This document shows, one piece after another, positions 36,557 to 45,622 of a stretch of DNA of 64,000 nucleotides. The position numbers were made by a program, and so were the translations under genes. The stretch is taken from positions 29,268 to 93,267 of the forward strand of contig JAYVHM010000003.1 of assembly GCA_043771335.1 (NCBI GenBank), given 5' to 3'. This DNA is from a bacterium (GTDB lineage Bacteria; Patescibacteriota; Minisyncoccia; Phycocordibacterales; UBA5272). A model generated the notes under the pieces. The model saw only the letters and a program-made list of their open reading frames with translations. It made no database searches and was not told where the DNA came from. Position 1 is the first letter of the stretch. Each line of letters begins with the position of its first letter.

Positions 36557-37411
36557 ATGAAAACATATAAACCAACAACACACTCGCGTAGATCAATGAC
36601 TACAGTAGATTACAGAGGTGTATTAACAACAAATGAACCATACAAACCACTTACTAATGGATTTAGAAGAGGTTCTGGACGTAATGCATTTGGTCGTATC
36701 ACAACTAGACACAAAGGTGGAGGTCATAAAAGATCTTACCGTGAAATAGATTGGAAATTCGACAAGATGAATATCCCAGCAAAACTGCAAACAGTAGAGT
36801 ATGATCCAAACAGAACTGGATTCATAGCGCTTCTTGCTTATGCTGATGGTCACAAAGCTTACACACTACTACCTGGTTCGCTAAAGGTTGGTGATACTAT
36901 TATCACTGCTGAAAAAGCTGACATACAAACAGGTAACAGAATGATGCTTAAAAATATTCCAGTAGGAACAAATGTTTACAATATCGAAGTTAAACCTCTC
37001 GGTGGCGCTAAGCTAGTTCGCTCTGCAGGTAATTATGCTCAGGTGGTAGCTCATGATGGAGGCTTTGCTTCTATCAAGCTTCCTTCTACAGAAATTAGAA
37101 AGATCCAAGATACTGCTTTTGCATCTATCGGAGAAGTTTCTAACAATGAACATCATCTAGAAGTACTAGGTAAAGCTGGTAGAAATAGATGGATGGGAGT
37201 AAGACCAACAACACGTGGTTCTGCCATGAACGCCGTAGACCATCCTTATGGTGGAGGTGAAGGTAAACAACGTCGTGGTACTAAGAGACCTAAGACAAAG
37301 TGGGGTAAAACAACAGGTGGACACAAGACTCGTAAAGGAAAGAAATATTCTAATGTGCATATTGTGGCTCGCAGGTCGAATGGTATTAGAAACAGGGATT
37401 CTAAACTCTAA
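36557..37411 (+). CDS. rplB: 50S ribosomal protein L2
   Basis: GGGHKRSYREIDW..., VAHDGG..., HPYGGGEGK typical of L2. Extra basic C-terminal tail. Confidence 0.95.
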   Translation: MKTYKPTTHSRRSMTTVDYRGVLTTNEPYKPLTNGFRRGSGRNAFGRITTRHKGGGHKRSYREIDWKFDKMNIPAKLQTVEYDPNRTGFIALLAYADGHKAYTLLPGSLKVGDTIITAEKADIQTGNRMMLKNIPVGTNVYNIEVKPLGGAKLVRSAGNYAQVVAHDGGFASIKLPSTEIRKIQDTAFASIGEVSNNEHHLEVLGKAGRNRWMGVRPTTRGSAMNAVDHPYGGGEGKQRRGTKRPKTKWGKTTGGHKTRKGKKYSNVHIVARRSNGIRNRDSKL

Positions 37412-37430
37412 AAATAAACATTAGAATTAT

Positions 37431-37775
37431 ATGTCAAGATCATCATACAAAGGTCCATATGTGGACGAGAGAGTATTAAAAAAAGTAATAGGTAAAAAAC
37501 CAGAAGATACAGGTGTTATAAAAACATGGTCAAGATCATGTGATATCGCTCCTGAGATGATAGGATTCACCTTTGGAGTGCACAATGGAAAAACTCACAC
37601 CGAAGTCCTAATTGAAGAAGACATGGTTGGTCATAAACTCGGAGAGTTTTCATTAACTCGCAAATTCACCCGTCATGGAGGTAAGATGCAAAAAGAGATA
37701 GACCAGAAAAAGAAGCAATCTGAAATAGATGCTGCAAAATCTGTAAAAGCTACAGCTGATACAAAAAAGAAATAA
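37431..37775 (+). CDS. rpsS: 30S ribosomal protein S19 with Lys-rich C-terminal extension
   Basis: [15 protein letters not shown]...[23 protein letters not shown] typical of S19. Confidence 0.9.
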   Translation: MSRSSYKGPYVDERVLKKVIGKKPEDTGVIKTWSRSCDIAPEMIGFTFGVHNGKTHTEVLIEEDMVGHKLGEFSLTRKFTRHGGKMQKEIDQKKKQSEIDAAKSVKATADTKKK

Positions 37776-37827
37776 GTTATAAATAAAATAATTTATAATA
37801 ACTTATAAAATCAAAAACAAAAATTAT

Positions 37828-38157
37828 ATGAAAGCCTTATTAAAAAATTATCGCCAAAGTCCAAGAAAGGTACGTCTAATAGCTAGCCTCATACAGGGGA
37901 AGAGCGTAAACGTTGCGATGAATCAACTAGAACACTATATCAAGCGTGGCGCATTACCAATGAAAAAATTGGTAGCATCTGCGGTTGCTAATAGTGGTAA
38001 AAACCCAGACACTCTTATGATTAAATCAGCAAGAGTAGATAAGGGTATGGTGATGAAGAGACAAATGCCTCGTGCATTTGGTCGTGCATCACAGATATTA
38101 AAAAAATGTTCTCACATCATCGTCGAGCTGGGAGATATAACCACAACAAGCAAATAA
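37828..38157 (+). CDS. rplV: 50S ribosomal protein L22
   Basis: YRQSPRKVRLIASLIQGKSVNVAMNQL typical of L22. Confidence 0.9.
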   Translation: MKALLKNYRQSPRKVRLIASLIQGKSVNVAMNQLEHYIKRGALPMKKLVASAVANSGKNPDTLMIKSARVDKGMVMKRQMPRAFGRASQILKKCSHIIVELGDITTTSK

Positions 38158-38161
38158 AAAT

Positions 38162-39016
38162 ATGACACACGTCGCAAATCCATTTTCACAGCGCTTAGGT
38201 ATCATCCGTGACTGGAGAAGTCGCTGGTATGTAGGTAATGCTGGAGGAACACAATATGTAAATGCACTTCGCGGTGATGTTTTACTACGTGAGTATTTTA
38301 AAAAAGCTCTTCGTGGTATGTATATCGCTGACGTTATTATGGAGAGAAGTAAAGATATGTATCGTATAGCTATACACACATCACGTCCTGGTATGTTAAT
38401 AGGGAAAGGTGGTGATGGTATAGAAAAATTACGTGCGAATATTTTAAAAGAAGCAAAAAGAAAAAAGATTATAATCCCAACTAATTTCAAATTAGATATT
38501 ATTGAGGTTGCTAGTCCAGAATCTTCTGCTGCTATTGTAGGCTATATGATAGCTGAAGCTCTTGAAAAACGTCTTCCATTTAGAAGAGTTTTAAAATCAA
38601 CAGCTGAAAAAGTTATGGCTTGCCGTGACGTACAAGGTGTGCGTATCGGTATCGGAGGTCGTCTCGGTGGTGCCGAAATGGCACGTCGTGAGGAACTTCG
38701 TAAAGGTAATGTTCCACTACAGACATTACGTGCTGACGTAGACTTTGCAAAAGAGCGCGCCAACATGACATACGGTGTTATTGGTATCAAGGTGTGGATA
38801 TACAAGGGTATGAAGTTTGATGGTATAGAAGCAGACAAAAAATCAGAGCGTGCTCCAAGATTCGAAAGAGCAGGAGGACGTGATGGGTCTGACAGACCAC
38901 GTAGACCATATACTCCACGTGATCCATCAAAACCATACACTCCACGTGCACCACGTGCCGAGGGAGCAGTAGATACAGTAGGTCGTAATTACAGAACAAG
39001 CAGTGCTGCTAAATAG
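38162..39016 (+). CDS. rpsC: 30S ribosomal protein S3 with Arg/Pro-rich C-terminal extension
   Basis: KH domain IHTSRPGMLIGKGGDGIEKL, GIGGRLGGAEMARRE, PLQTLRADVDF. Tail ...RPRRPYTPRDPSKPYTPRAPRAEG. Confidence 0.9.
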   Translation: MTHVANPFSQRLGIIRDWRSRWYVGNAGGTQYVNALRGDVLLREYFKKALRGMYIADVIMERSKDMYRIAIHTSRPGMLIGKGGDGIEKLRANILKEAKRKKIIIPTNFKLDIIEVASPESSAAIVGYMIAEALEKRLPFRRVLKSTAEKVMACRDVQGVRIGIGGRLGGAEMARREELRKGNVPLQTLRADVDFAKERANMTYGVIGIKVWIYKGMKFDGIEADKKSERAPRFERAGGRDGSDRPRRPYTPRDPSKPYTPRAPRAEGAVDTVGRNYRTSSAAK

Positions 39017-39045
39017 TACTAATAAAATAATAAATAAAAAAATAT

Positions 39046-39471
39046 ATGTTATTTCCAAAAAAAGTAAAATTCAGAAAGTGGCAGACTGCTCGCCTAAAAG
39101 GTGACAGACTAAATAGAGCAGACACAAAAGGTGTTGACGTTAACTTCGGATCATTTGCTCTAAAGGCAATGTCACAAGCCAGAGTTCTCTCTAATCAAAT
39201 AGAATCAGCAAGACGCGCTATGCAAAGAAAAGCAGGTAAAACTGCTCAGGTATGGATACGTATTTTCCCTGATCGTCCTATTACTAAAAAAGCTGCCGAA
39301 GTGCCGATGGGTAAAGGTAAGGGTAATCCAGAAGCATTTTGTTTCGAGGTTAGACCAGGACGTATACTATTTGAAATAGACGGAGTAGACGAGGCAACAG
39401 CCAGAGAAGCTCTCCGCAAAGCTGGCACAAAATTACCAGTTAAAACAAAAATAGTAGCACGTGCTAACTAA
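39046..39471 (+). CDS. rplP: 50S ribosomal protein L16
   Basis: [19 protein letters not shown]... typical of L16. Confidence 0.9.
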   Translation: MLFPKKVKFRKWQTARLKGDRLNRADTKGVDVNFGSFALKAMSQARVLSNQIESARRAMQRKAGKTAQVWIRIFPDRPITKKAAEVPMGKGKGNPEAFCFEVRPGRILFEIDGVDEATAREALRKAGTKLPVKTKIVARAN

Positions 39472-39487
39472 TCAAAATTATAAAATT

Positions 39488-39742
39488 ATGCAAACAGTAA
39501 AAAGACAATTAAAAGGTGTAGTTACTAGTGATAAGATGGACAAGACAGTAACTGTCAAAGTAGACAGATACGTTAAACATCCAAAATACGGTAAATACTA
39601 TACAACTTCAAAAAAATACAAAGCTCATGATGAAGCTAACGCTTTTAAGATCGGTGATGTGTTAATAATAGAAGAATCTAAACCAATATCAAAAGATAAA
39701 TCACATGTGGTTATCGAAAAGGTTGGTGAAGGAAAACAATAA
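39488..39742 (+). CDS. rpsQ: 30S ribosomal protein S17
   Basis: [30 protein letters not shown] typical of S17. No room for rpmC (L29) between rplP and rpsQ. Confidence 0.85.
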   Translation: MQTVKRQLKGVVTSDKMDKTVTVKVDRYVKHPKYGKYYTTSKKYKAHDEANAFKIGDVLIIEESKPISKDKSHVVIEKVGEGKQ

Positions 39743-39772
39743 TTATTAAAAAATATTTAATACAATAAATAT

Positions 39773-40153
39773 ATGATACAAGCAGGAACTAATGTAAAAA
39801 TAACAGACAATTCAGGAGCTAAGATGGGACGTGTCTTCAAGGTTTTAAAAGGATCAAAACGAAGATATGCTCGCATCGGAGATCTTGTTGTGTTGTCTGT
39901 AAAAGTCGCAGAACCTCGTAAACAAGTCAAAAAGAAAGACGTTGTATACGGAGTTGTTGTTAGACAAGTGCAACCAATGCGTCGCGCTGATGGTTCTTAT
40001 ATACGCTTTGACGATAATGCTGTGGTAATAGTTGACAAGGTCAAATTAGAACCAAAAGCAGGACGTGTCTTTGGGCCAATCCCAAGAGAGATGTCCGAGA
40101 TGGGTATCGACGGCTATAAAAAGATAGCATCACTAGCACCAGAAATTATTTAA
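39773..40153 (+). CDS. rplN: 50S ribosomal protein L14
   Basis: MIQAGTNVKITDNSGAK...GDLVVLSVK typical of L14. Confidence 0.9.
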   Translation: MIQAGTNVKITDNSGAKMGRVFKVLKGSKRRYARIGDLVVLSVKVAEPRKQVKKKDVVYGVVVRQVQPMRRADGSYIRFDDNAVVIVDKVKLEPKAGRVFGPIPREMSEMGIDGYKKIASLAPEII

Positions 40154-40176
40154 ACTTAATAACCAAAAACAAAAAT

Positions 40177-40416
40177 ATGACAACAAAAAAAATTGGAAGT
40201 ATGCATGTAAAAAAAGGTGATAAAGTAAAAGTAATCACTGGTAAAAATAAAGGTACAGAAGGAGTAATATTAAAAGCTTTTCCAGCTACTAACAGAGTAG
40301 CTATAGAAGGGGTTAATCTTATGAAAAAAAATATCAAAGCTACACGCCCAGGTCAAAAAGGGAGTGTAATAGAGGTAAATGTGCCAATAGATGCAAGTAA
40401 TGTAAAAAAGATTTAG
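40177..40416 (+). CDS. rplX: 50S ribosomal protein L24
   Basis: KOW motif KKGDKVKVITGKNKGTEGVILK. Last ribosomal gene before a terminator. Confidence 0.85.
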   Translation: MTTKKIGSMHVKKGDKVKVITGKNKGTEGVILKAFPATNRVAIEGVNLMKKNIKATRPGQKGSVIEVNVPIDASNVKKI

Positions 40417-40452
40417 TCTCTAAGTCAAAGTTTTTACATAAAAAACAAAAAT

Positions 40453-40487
40453 AAAAGAGAGGCGCCCTACGGGTGCCTCTCTTTTAT
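40453..40487 (+). terminator. Strong terminator ending the ribosomal cluster after rplX
   Basis: aaagagaggcgccctacgggtgcctctcttt plus T-run. Confidence 0.7.
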
Positions 40488-40533
40488 TTCGACTTGCAAA
40501 AAGTGTATTTCTATACATTTAAGTGTTAGTACC

Positions 40534-43500
40534 ATGTTATACTTTATATTAAGTATGGAAGATAAATTAAACATGACAACAGAAGAAGTTAAAGAAGAAA
40601 AGAATCCTTCAGAGTCCCAAACTCCCCACTACCTTTATGGATTACTTTTTTTACTTTTTTTCATCTTGCTTATCCCTTTTGTTTTTACTAATTTTAAAGC
40701 TATATATAACAAAGATCTCAAGAATATCAGTAAGACAATTACCGGTATTAAGACAGAAATACAAGATCTAAATACAAAATATGTAAAAATGTCAGAGAAA
40801 ATAATTAACAACGCTACCACCACCACTACTACTGTAATAATCAAAGAGACACAGGCTCAGTATATACAAAAAGATACATCTCAAAATGTATTAACTGGCC
40901 TTAATAGAGACATTAATTCTAATACATTACTAAGTAGTGTGTCTAATGTTCCTCCTCCTTTGTTTGATGTTTCAAGTAGTAAAATAACTTATCAGTATAT
41001 ACCAGTAAGTAACGGATCCTCAGTAGGGGGAGCAACTGGTGCCACAGGAGCATCAGGAGCTGATGGAGTTGGCATTGCCAGCATCGCAACAACTTCTACT
41101 TCAACAATATTTACTTTGACAAATGGATCCACTACTCTTGTTTCTAGCTTAGAGGGGGCAACTTCTAGTGATTTTATTTATGCTACTGCAACTAATTTTA
41201 TATCATCTAATGCAAATATTACTAACTTCACAAATCAAAATGCTACCAGTGATATACTTTTTGCCACTTCATCTAACTTTGTTAATGCTACTTCTAGTAA
41301 TTTATTTACATATATTTTTCGCGCTTTGACTTCTTATTTTACAGATATCTTTACTATAAATTTGAATGCCTCTAACACCATAACTAATAATTTAATCTCA
41401 GCTTCATCAACACTTAATGGTACTACTACTATTGCCACTGCTTCTATTGGTAACTTCTATCAATTATTACAAAACTTTACAACAAACTTATTCTCTTCTG
41501 CAACGAACACTATATACTCTACAGTAAATGGAGTAGCAACATCAACAAACATCATTAACGCAAATACAATAAGTTTTGCTACGGCTACAAGTATTCTAAC
41601 TTCAAGTATAAATGGCATAATTTCTACAACATCTCTCTCTTTTTCAGTTCCCACATCATCGTCTGGGGGCCTGTATTACAAAGAGTCAACAGTTGCGCCA
41701 ACTACAGCACCAACAGCAACAGGAGTTAAGGCAGTGGCTATTGGTGACGGGGCACAAGCATCAGGACAAAGTTCTTCTGCTTTTGGATATGGAAGTATTG
41801 CCTCAGGGACAAATTCTCTCGCAATAGGATATATGAACATTGCAAGAGAAGAAGAATCTTATGTTTTTGGACGTAACAATGAGGCTTCGTGGTATGCTAT
41901 GGCAGTTGGTGCTTACAATTATGCTTTAGGTACGGACTCATTTGCTTTTGGTAACTTCAATACTGCATCAGCCATAAATTCGTCTGCTTTTGGGTATGAC
42001 AATGACTCTTCAGGTTATTACTCAATGTCTTTTGGTTACAGCAATGATACTTTAGGGATGTACTCTTCTTCTTTTGGAAGAAGCAATATCTCTTCAGGAC
42101 TTTACTCTAATGCTTTTGGTCTTAGTAACACTGCTTCAGGGACGGCTTCCATGTCTTTTGGATATTTAAATGTAGCAACAGGTGATAGTTCTATTGCTTT
42201 TGGGTACGTTAACAATTCTTCTGGAGAAGTCTCTTCTGCTTTTGGGGCACAAAATTTTGCTACAGCATATCATTCTTCTGCTTTTGGATATTTTAATTCT
42301 GCTGCAGCTACAAATTCTTCTGCCTTTGGATTCACAAACACAGCATCTGCCTCAGGGGCATCAGCTTTTGGGTCTAATATAACAAACAATATCACAAACT
42401 CAACAATGATAGGACCGTCTAACACTGCAAAGTTAACCATACTTTCTTCTGGCTTCATGGGTATAGGAACAACAACTCCTACAAATAGATTAACTATTTA
42501 TGCTGCTTCAGCAGACACTTCAGGACTTAGGTTAGAGAGATTAAAACCTTCATCAGCCGTAGCTACAACTACAGCTACTAAAATGTTAACAGTAGACACT
42601 AACGGTGACGTAGTTTTAACCAGTCTCAATGGTTCCTCATGGACATTAACAGGGAATAGTGGAACTAATGCTAACACTAGCTTTATAGGAACTACAGATG
42701 CTATTGACCTCAACTTCAGAGTGAATAATATATCTAACGGATCACTACAAGGCGTAAGTAAAAACACACTCTTTGGAGAAAGTGCTGGCCGCTCACTAGC
42801 CTCTACTACTGCAAGTAAATACAATGTAGGTATTGGTTATCAAGCATTTGGAACTACAACAGTTTCGAATACGGGAACTAATAATGTTGCTATTGGGAGA
42901 CTTTCATCATTTGATAATACATCGGGAAGTAATAATGTTGCTATTGGATACCAAGCAGGTAATGTCATTACAACAGGATCTAACAACCTAACCCTTGGTA
43001 ACAACGCCCAAGTCCCGACCTCTACTGCTTCTAACCAAATCCGTCTCGGAGATACCGCCATCACCTATGCTGGAATACAAGTAGCTTGGACTATAACCTC
43101 AGACTCTAGATTAAAAGAAAATATCAATACTATACCACTGGGCCTTTCATTCCTTAATACACTTCGTCCAGTAGAATATCACAGAATAAATAACATAAAC
43201 CCAGAGAAAGAATTCGGCTTCATAGCCCAAGAACTAGAGCAGTCACTAGCCTCATCTTCTTTCTCAGGATCAGGATTAGTTAACACCGATAGTAATGGCA
43301 TGAAATCAGTAAGATACAATGATTTATTCTCACCTATAGTAAAAGCTATACAAGAACTAGATGCAAAAGTAACTAATAATACTTTATCCACCACCACCAT
43401 TACTAACTTATTAGCTCTTGCTTCTACCACCAACTTAATAGGAGGTAATGTGGCTTATGCTACAGACATTGATATGCAAAATTATTCTATATTAAATGTT

Positions 43501-43815
43501 AAGGCTATAAGTAACTCAAATGGAAAGTGGAGTATTAGTGAGGAGGGGAGGATAGTGGCGAGGGAAGTGTGTCTGACTGATGACATCGGCACAGTGTGTG
43601 TGAACGCTAGTGACTTACGTCAGAAAAGTATGGGGACAAGTATAGATAATGTTGTGAATGTAGTCATCAGCACAAGTACAGCAACAACAACCTCAAGTAC
43701 CACCACAATATCAACTATTGAAAGTTGTGCTCTAACTAATCAAATATTAGACATTACAGTTATTCCAAATATGTGTATTGCTTCAGTCTCTGACCAAGTG
43801 TTAATTACTCCGTAA
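40534..43815 (+). CDS. Giant membrane-anchored fibre protein: collagen-like G-x-T stretch, YadA/Hep_Hag-like SxAFG repeats, phage tail-fibre-type C-terminal intramolecular chaperone (Peptidase_S74-like) domain
   Basis: N-terminal TM (LLFLLFFILLIPFVF). GATGATGASGADG. About 14 tandem repeats of x-S-S-A-F-G-Y-x-N (41.76-42.39 kb). GIGTTTPTNRLTI. SDSRLKENINTIPLGLSFLNTLRPVEYHRI...GFIAQELEQ...VRYNDLFSPIVKAIQELDAKV matches the autoproteolytic chaperone domain of endosialidase/tail-spike proteins. Real start may be an internal Met (40555 or 40573). Confidence 0.75.
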   Translation: MLYFILSMEDKLNMTTEEVKEEKNPSESQTPHYLYGLLFLLFFILLIPFVFTNFKAIYNKDLKNISKTITGIKTEIQDLNTKYVKMSEKIINNATTTTTTVIIKETQAQYIQKDTSQNVLTGLNRDINSNTLLSSVSNVPPPLFDVSSSKITYQYIPVSNGSSVGGATGATGASGADGVGIASIATTSTSTIFTLTNGSTTLVSSLEGATSSDFIYATATNFISSNANITNFTNQNATSDILFATSSNFVNATSSNLFTYIFRALTSYFTDIFTINLNASNTITNNLISASSTLNGTTTIATASIGNFYQLLQNFTTNLFSSATNTIYSTVNGVATSTNIINANTISFATATSILTSSINGIISTTSLSFSVPTSSSGGLYYKESTVAPTTAPTATGVKAVAIGDGAQASGQSSSAFGYGSIASGTNSLAIGYMNIAREEESYVFGRNNEASWYAMAVGAYNYALGTDSFAFGNFNTASAINSSAFGYDNDSSGYYSMSFGYSNDTLGMYSSSFGRSNISSGLYSNAFGLSNTASGTASMSFGYLNVATGDSSIAFGYVNNSSGEVSSAFGAQNFATAYHSSAFGYFNSAAATNSSAFGFTNTASASGASAFGSNITNNITNSTMIGPSNTAKLTILSSGFMGIGTTTPTNRLTIYAASADTSGLRLERLKPSSAVATTTATKMLTVDTNGDVVLTSLNGSSWTLTGNSGTNANTSFIGTTDAIDLNFRVNNISNGSLQGVSKNTLFGESAGRSLASTTASKYNVGIGYQAFGTTTVSNTGTNNVAIGRLSSFDNTSGSNNVAIGYQAGNVITTGSNNLTLGNNAQVPTSTASNQIRLGDTAITYAGIQVAWTITSDSRLKENINTIPLGLSFLNTLRPVEYHRINNINPEKEFGFIAQELEQSLASSSFSGSGLVNTDSNGMKSVRYNDLFSPIVKAIQELDAKVTNNTLSTTTITNLLALASTTNLIGGNVAYATDIDMQNYSILNVKAISNSNGKWSISEEGRIVAREVCLTDDIGTVCVNASDLRQKSMGTSIDNVVNVVISTSTATTTSSTTTISTIESCALTNQILDITVIPNMCIASVSDQVLITP

Positions 43816-43889
43816 AGAATATCAAATCTGTTAAAAAGTTATGAGATTAGACATATTATTATGTTATAATTAAGTATATAAAAATAAAT

Positions 43890-45434
43890 ATGAAAAACTT
43901 ACAAATCTTACGTAGAATTACTAATTACATGTTGCTGGCTTCACCAATACTCGTCTCATCTTTTTTTGCATATGCTTCAAAATATCCAGCCTGGGCTAAT
44001 ACTTTACTTTTAATAAGCTTATTTGCAGTATTGTTTTCATTTTTATTTTACACTAATTACAAAAACAAAAAAGAAGCCACTTTATTAGAGGTATCATTAC
44101 TTGTATTGTCTTTACTTTCTGCTATTGTATTTACTTTTTCTAGCTCCTCATCTTTTGTCTTTAATTTATTTGGAAAGGGGATACAGGAGTGGAGCGCTTC
44201 TTCTATTTTGGTTCTATTTTTAGCGGCTGCCTTCTTCATTTCTCTAAAAGGCAAATTAAACAAAATAGCCATAATAGCTTCTCTATCTGTCCTAACCTAT
44301 ACTGTAATTAATTACATACTTGTTAAAAATGGTGTAAGTATTGCGAATTATACAGCTTATATAAATATACCAATGCTTTCTTTTGCAAAGTTAATTAACT
44401 TACCTTTTGTTTTTACAATAGTTACTTTGCTTTTTTCACTTATTTCTTTTTACATAGAAAAGAAAAGCTTAATTTTTACTAAAATAGAAAATAAAAAATG
44501 GTATACAGTTATTCTGCTTTTGATATTATTACTAACTTCTTGTCTTTTGATTAGGAATGTTTTGAGATATGTGGCAGCAAATAATTATCTAAATGCATCT
44601 CAAGCTTTTTCAGAAAATAAAGTTTCTGAAGCTAAGACAAGCCTCAACAGGGCGATAAGTATAGCGCCTTTTGACGAGTATTATCTGGGTAGAATAGAAA
44701 TAACAACATCAGAAATAAATAATTTACTCGCTAGTAAATCTACTAACACAGCTGAATTACAAAATAATTACAAGACATTAGTAGAGTCTCAAATAAATGA
44801 TGCTCAAAAAGCGATAGCTTATGATAATAAAAATCCTAGAAATTATATGGCCCTAGGTCTCGCTTATGAGCGCTCTATGTTGCTATCAAAAGAAGATGGT
44901 TATACAAAATCTATCGAGGCTTATGAAAAAGCAAGAGAGCTTGCCAGTGATAAGGATTATGTGGATGTTGTAAAAGCAAAACTTTCTTTTGGAGTAGAAA
45001 AAGAATCTGAAGCATTGAAATATATAGATAATGCATTAAAATATAATTCATCGTCTTCACCGGCACTCTTCATATCTTCTCAGTATTATGCTTCTAAGAA
45101 TAATTTTAAATCAGCTATAGAGTATGGAGAAAAAGCAGTAATGACATCACCACAAGCAACAGATGCACGCCTTTCACTTGGTCTTTTATATCTACAAGAC
45201 AAGAGATATGATGCTGCAATACAGATGTTTGGCTCAGTATTACAGTTAACTAAGGGTGAAAATCTAGGAGCAATGTATTATCTTGGTGCAGCTTATAAAG
45301 CAAAAGGAGACATAGCTAATCTAAAATTAGTCATAGCAGAGCTAGACAAAAGAGTGGACCCAAATAGTAAAGAGATGAAAGATCTGAGAAGCGGTATTGG
45401 AGAATCTGAAGCAGAGAGCATTATAAAAAAGTAA
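43890..45434 (+). CDS. Polytopic membrane protein with C-terminal TPR repeats
   Basis: About 8 TM helices in the first 220 aa, then TPR-like A/Y/L periodicity (ALGLAYERS..., AIEYGEKAV..., YYLGAAYKAKGD). Confidence 0.5.
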   Translation: MKNLQILRRITNYMLLASPILVSSFFAYASKYPAWANTLLLISLFAVLFSFLFYTNYKNKKEATLLEVSLLVLSLLSAIVFTFSSSSSFVFNLFGKGIQEWSASSILVLFLAAAFFISLKGKLNKIAIIASLSVLTYTVINYILVKNGVSIANYTAYINIPMLSFAKLINLPFVFTIVTLLFSLISFYIEKKSLIFTKIENKKWYTVILLLILLLTSCLLIRNVLRYVAANNYLNASQAFSENKVSEAKTSLNRAISIAPFDEYYLGRIEITTSEINNLLASKSTNTAELQNNYKTLVESQINDAQKAIAYDNKNPRNYMALGLAYERSMLLSKEDGYTKSIEAYEKARELASDKDYVDVVKAKLSFGVEKESEALKYIDNALKYNSSSSPALFISSQYYASKNNFKSAIEYGEKAVMTSPQATDARLSLGLLYLQDKRYDAAIQMFGSVLQLTKGENLGAMYYLGAAYKAKGDIANLKLVIAELDKRVDPNSKEMKDLRSGIGESEAESIIKK

Positions 45435-45481
45435 ATTCAAAAAAGAATTAAGGAATAAAAGAGCTTTTGTGGATTTTTAGC

Positions 45482-45509
45482 TTGCAAAAGTTTCTATTTG
45501 TGATATAAT
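45482..45509 (+). promoter_or_regulatory. rpoB promoter TTGCAA-N13-TGATATAAT
   Basis: Canonical -35 and extended -10 about 107 nt upstream of the rpoB ATG. Confidence 0.45.
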
Positions 45510-45521
45510 ACGGGAACGCTA

Positions 45522-45597
45522 AAAGATTGTGTACTGACCTAGCGATTAACAATCTTTAATAATTATTATCTTTAAAAGAGATAATAATTATTTTTTA
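45522..45597 (+). promoter_or_regulatory. rpoB leader with two hairpins; the second is terminator-like (candidate attenuator)
   Basis: Hairpin 1 aaagattgt...acaatcttt (9-bp stem, 18-nt loop). Hairpin 2 ataattattatcttt/aaagagataataattat followed by TTTTTT. Confidence 0.4.
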
Positions 45598-45622
45598 TAC
45601 CAATACTTTTTAAACTTCAAAT

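Noticed and set aside
41760-42400. Highly regular DNA repeats (tcttctgcttttgg... every 40-45 nt) that superficially resemble a repeat array
   Set aside because: They are in-frame codon repeats (SSAFGY) inside the giant fibre gene. The spacing is irregular and there are no unique spacers, so this is not a CRISPR array.
40417-45622. Prophage or integrative element interpretation of the fibre gene region
   Set aside because: No integrase, capsid, terminase, tRNA attachment site or flanking direct repeats are visible in the window. The fibre has an N-terminal membrane anchor typical of a cellular surface protein.
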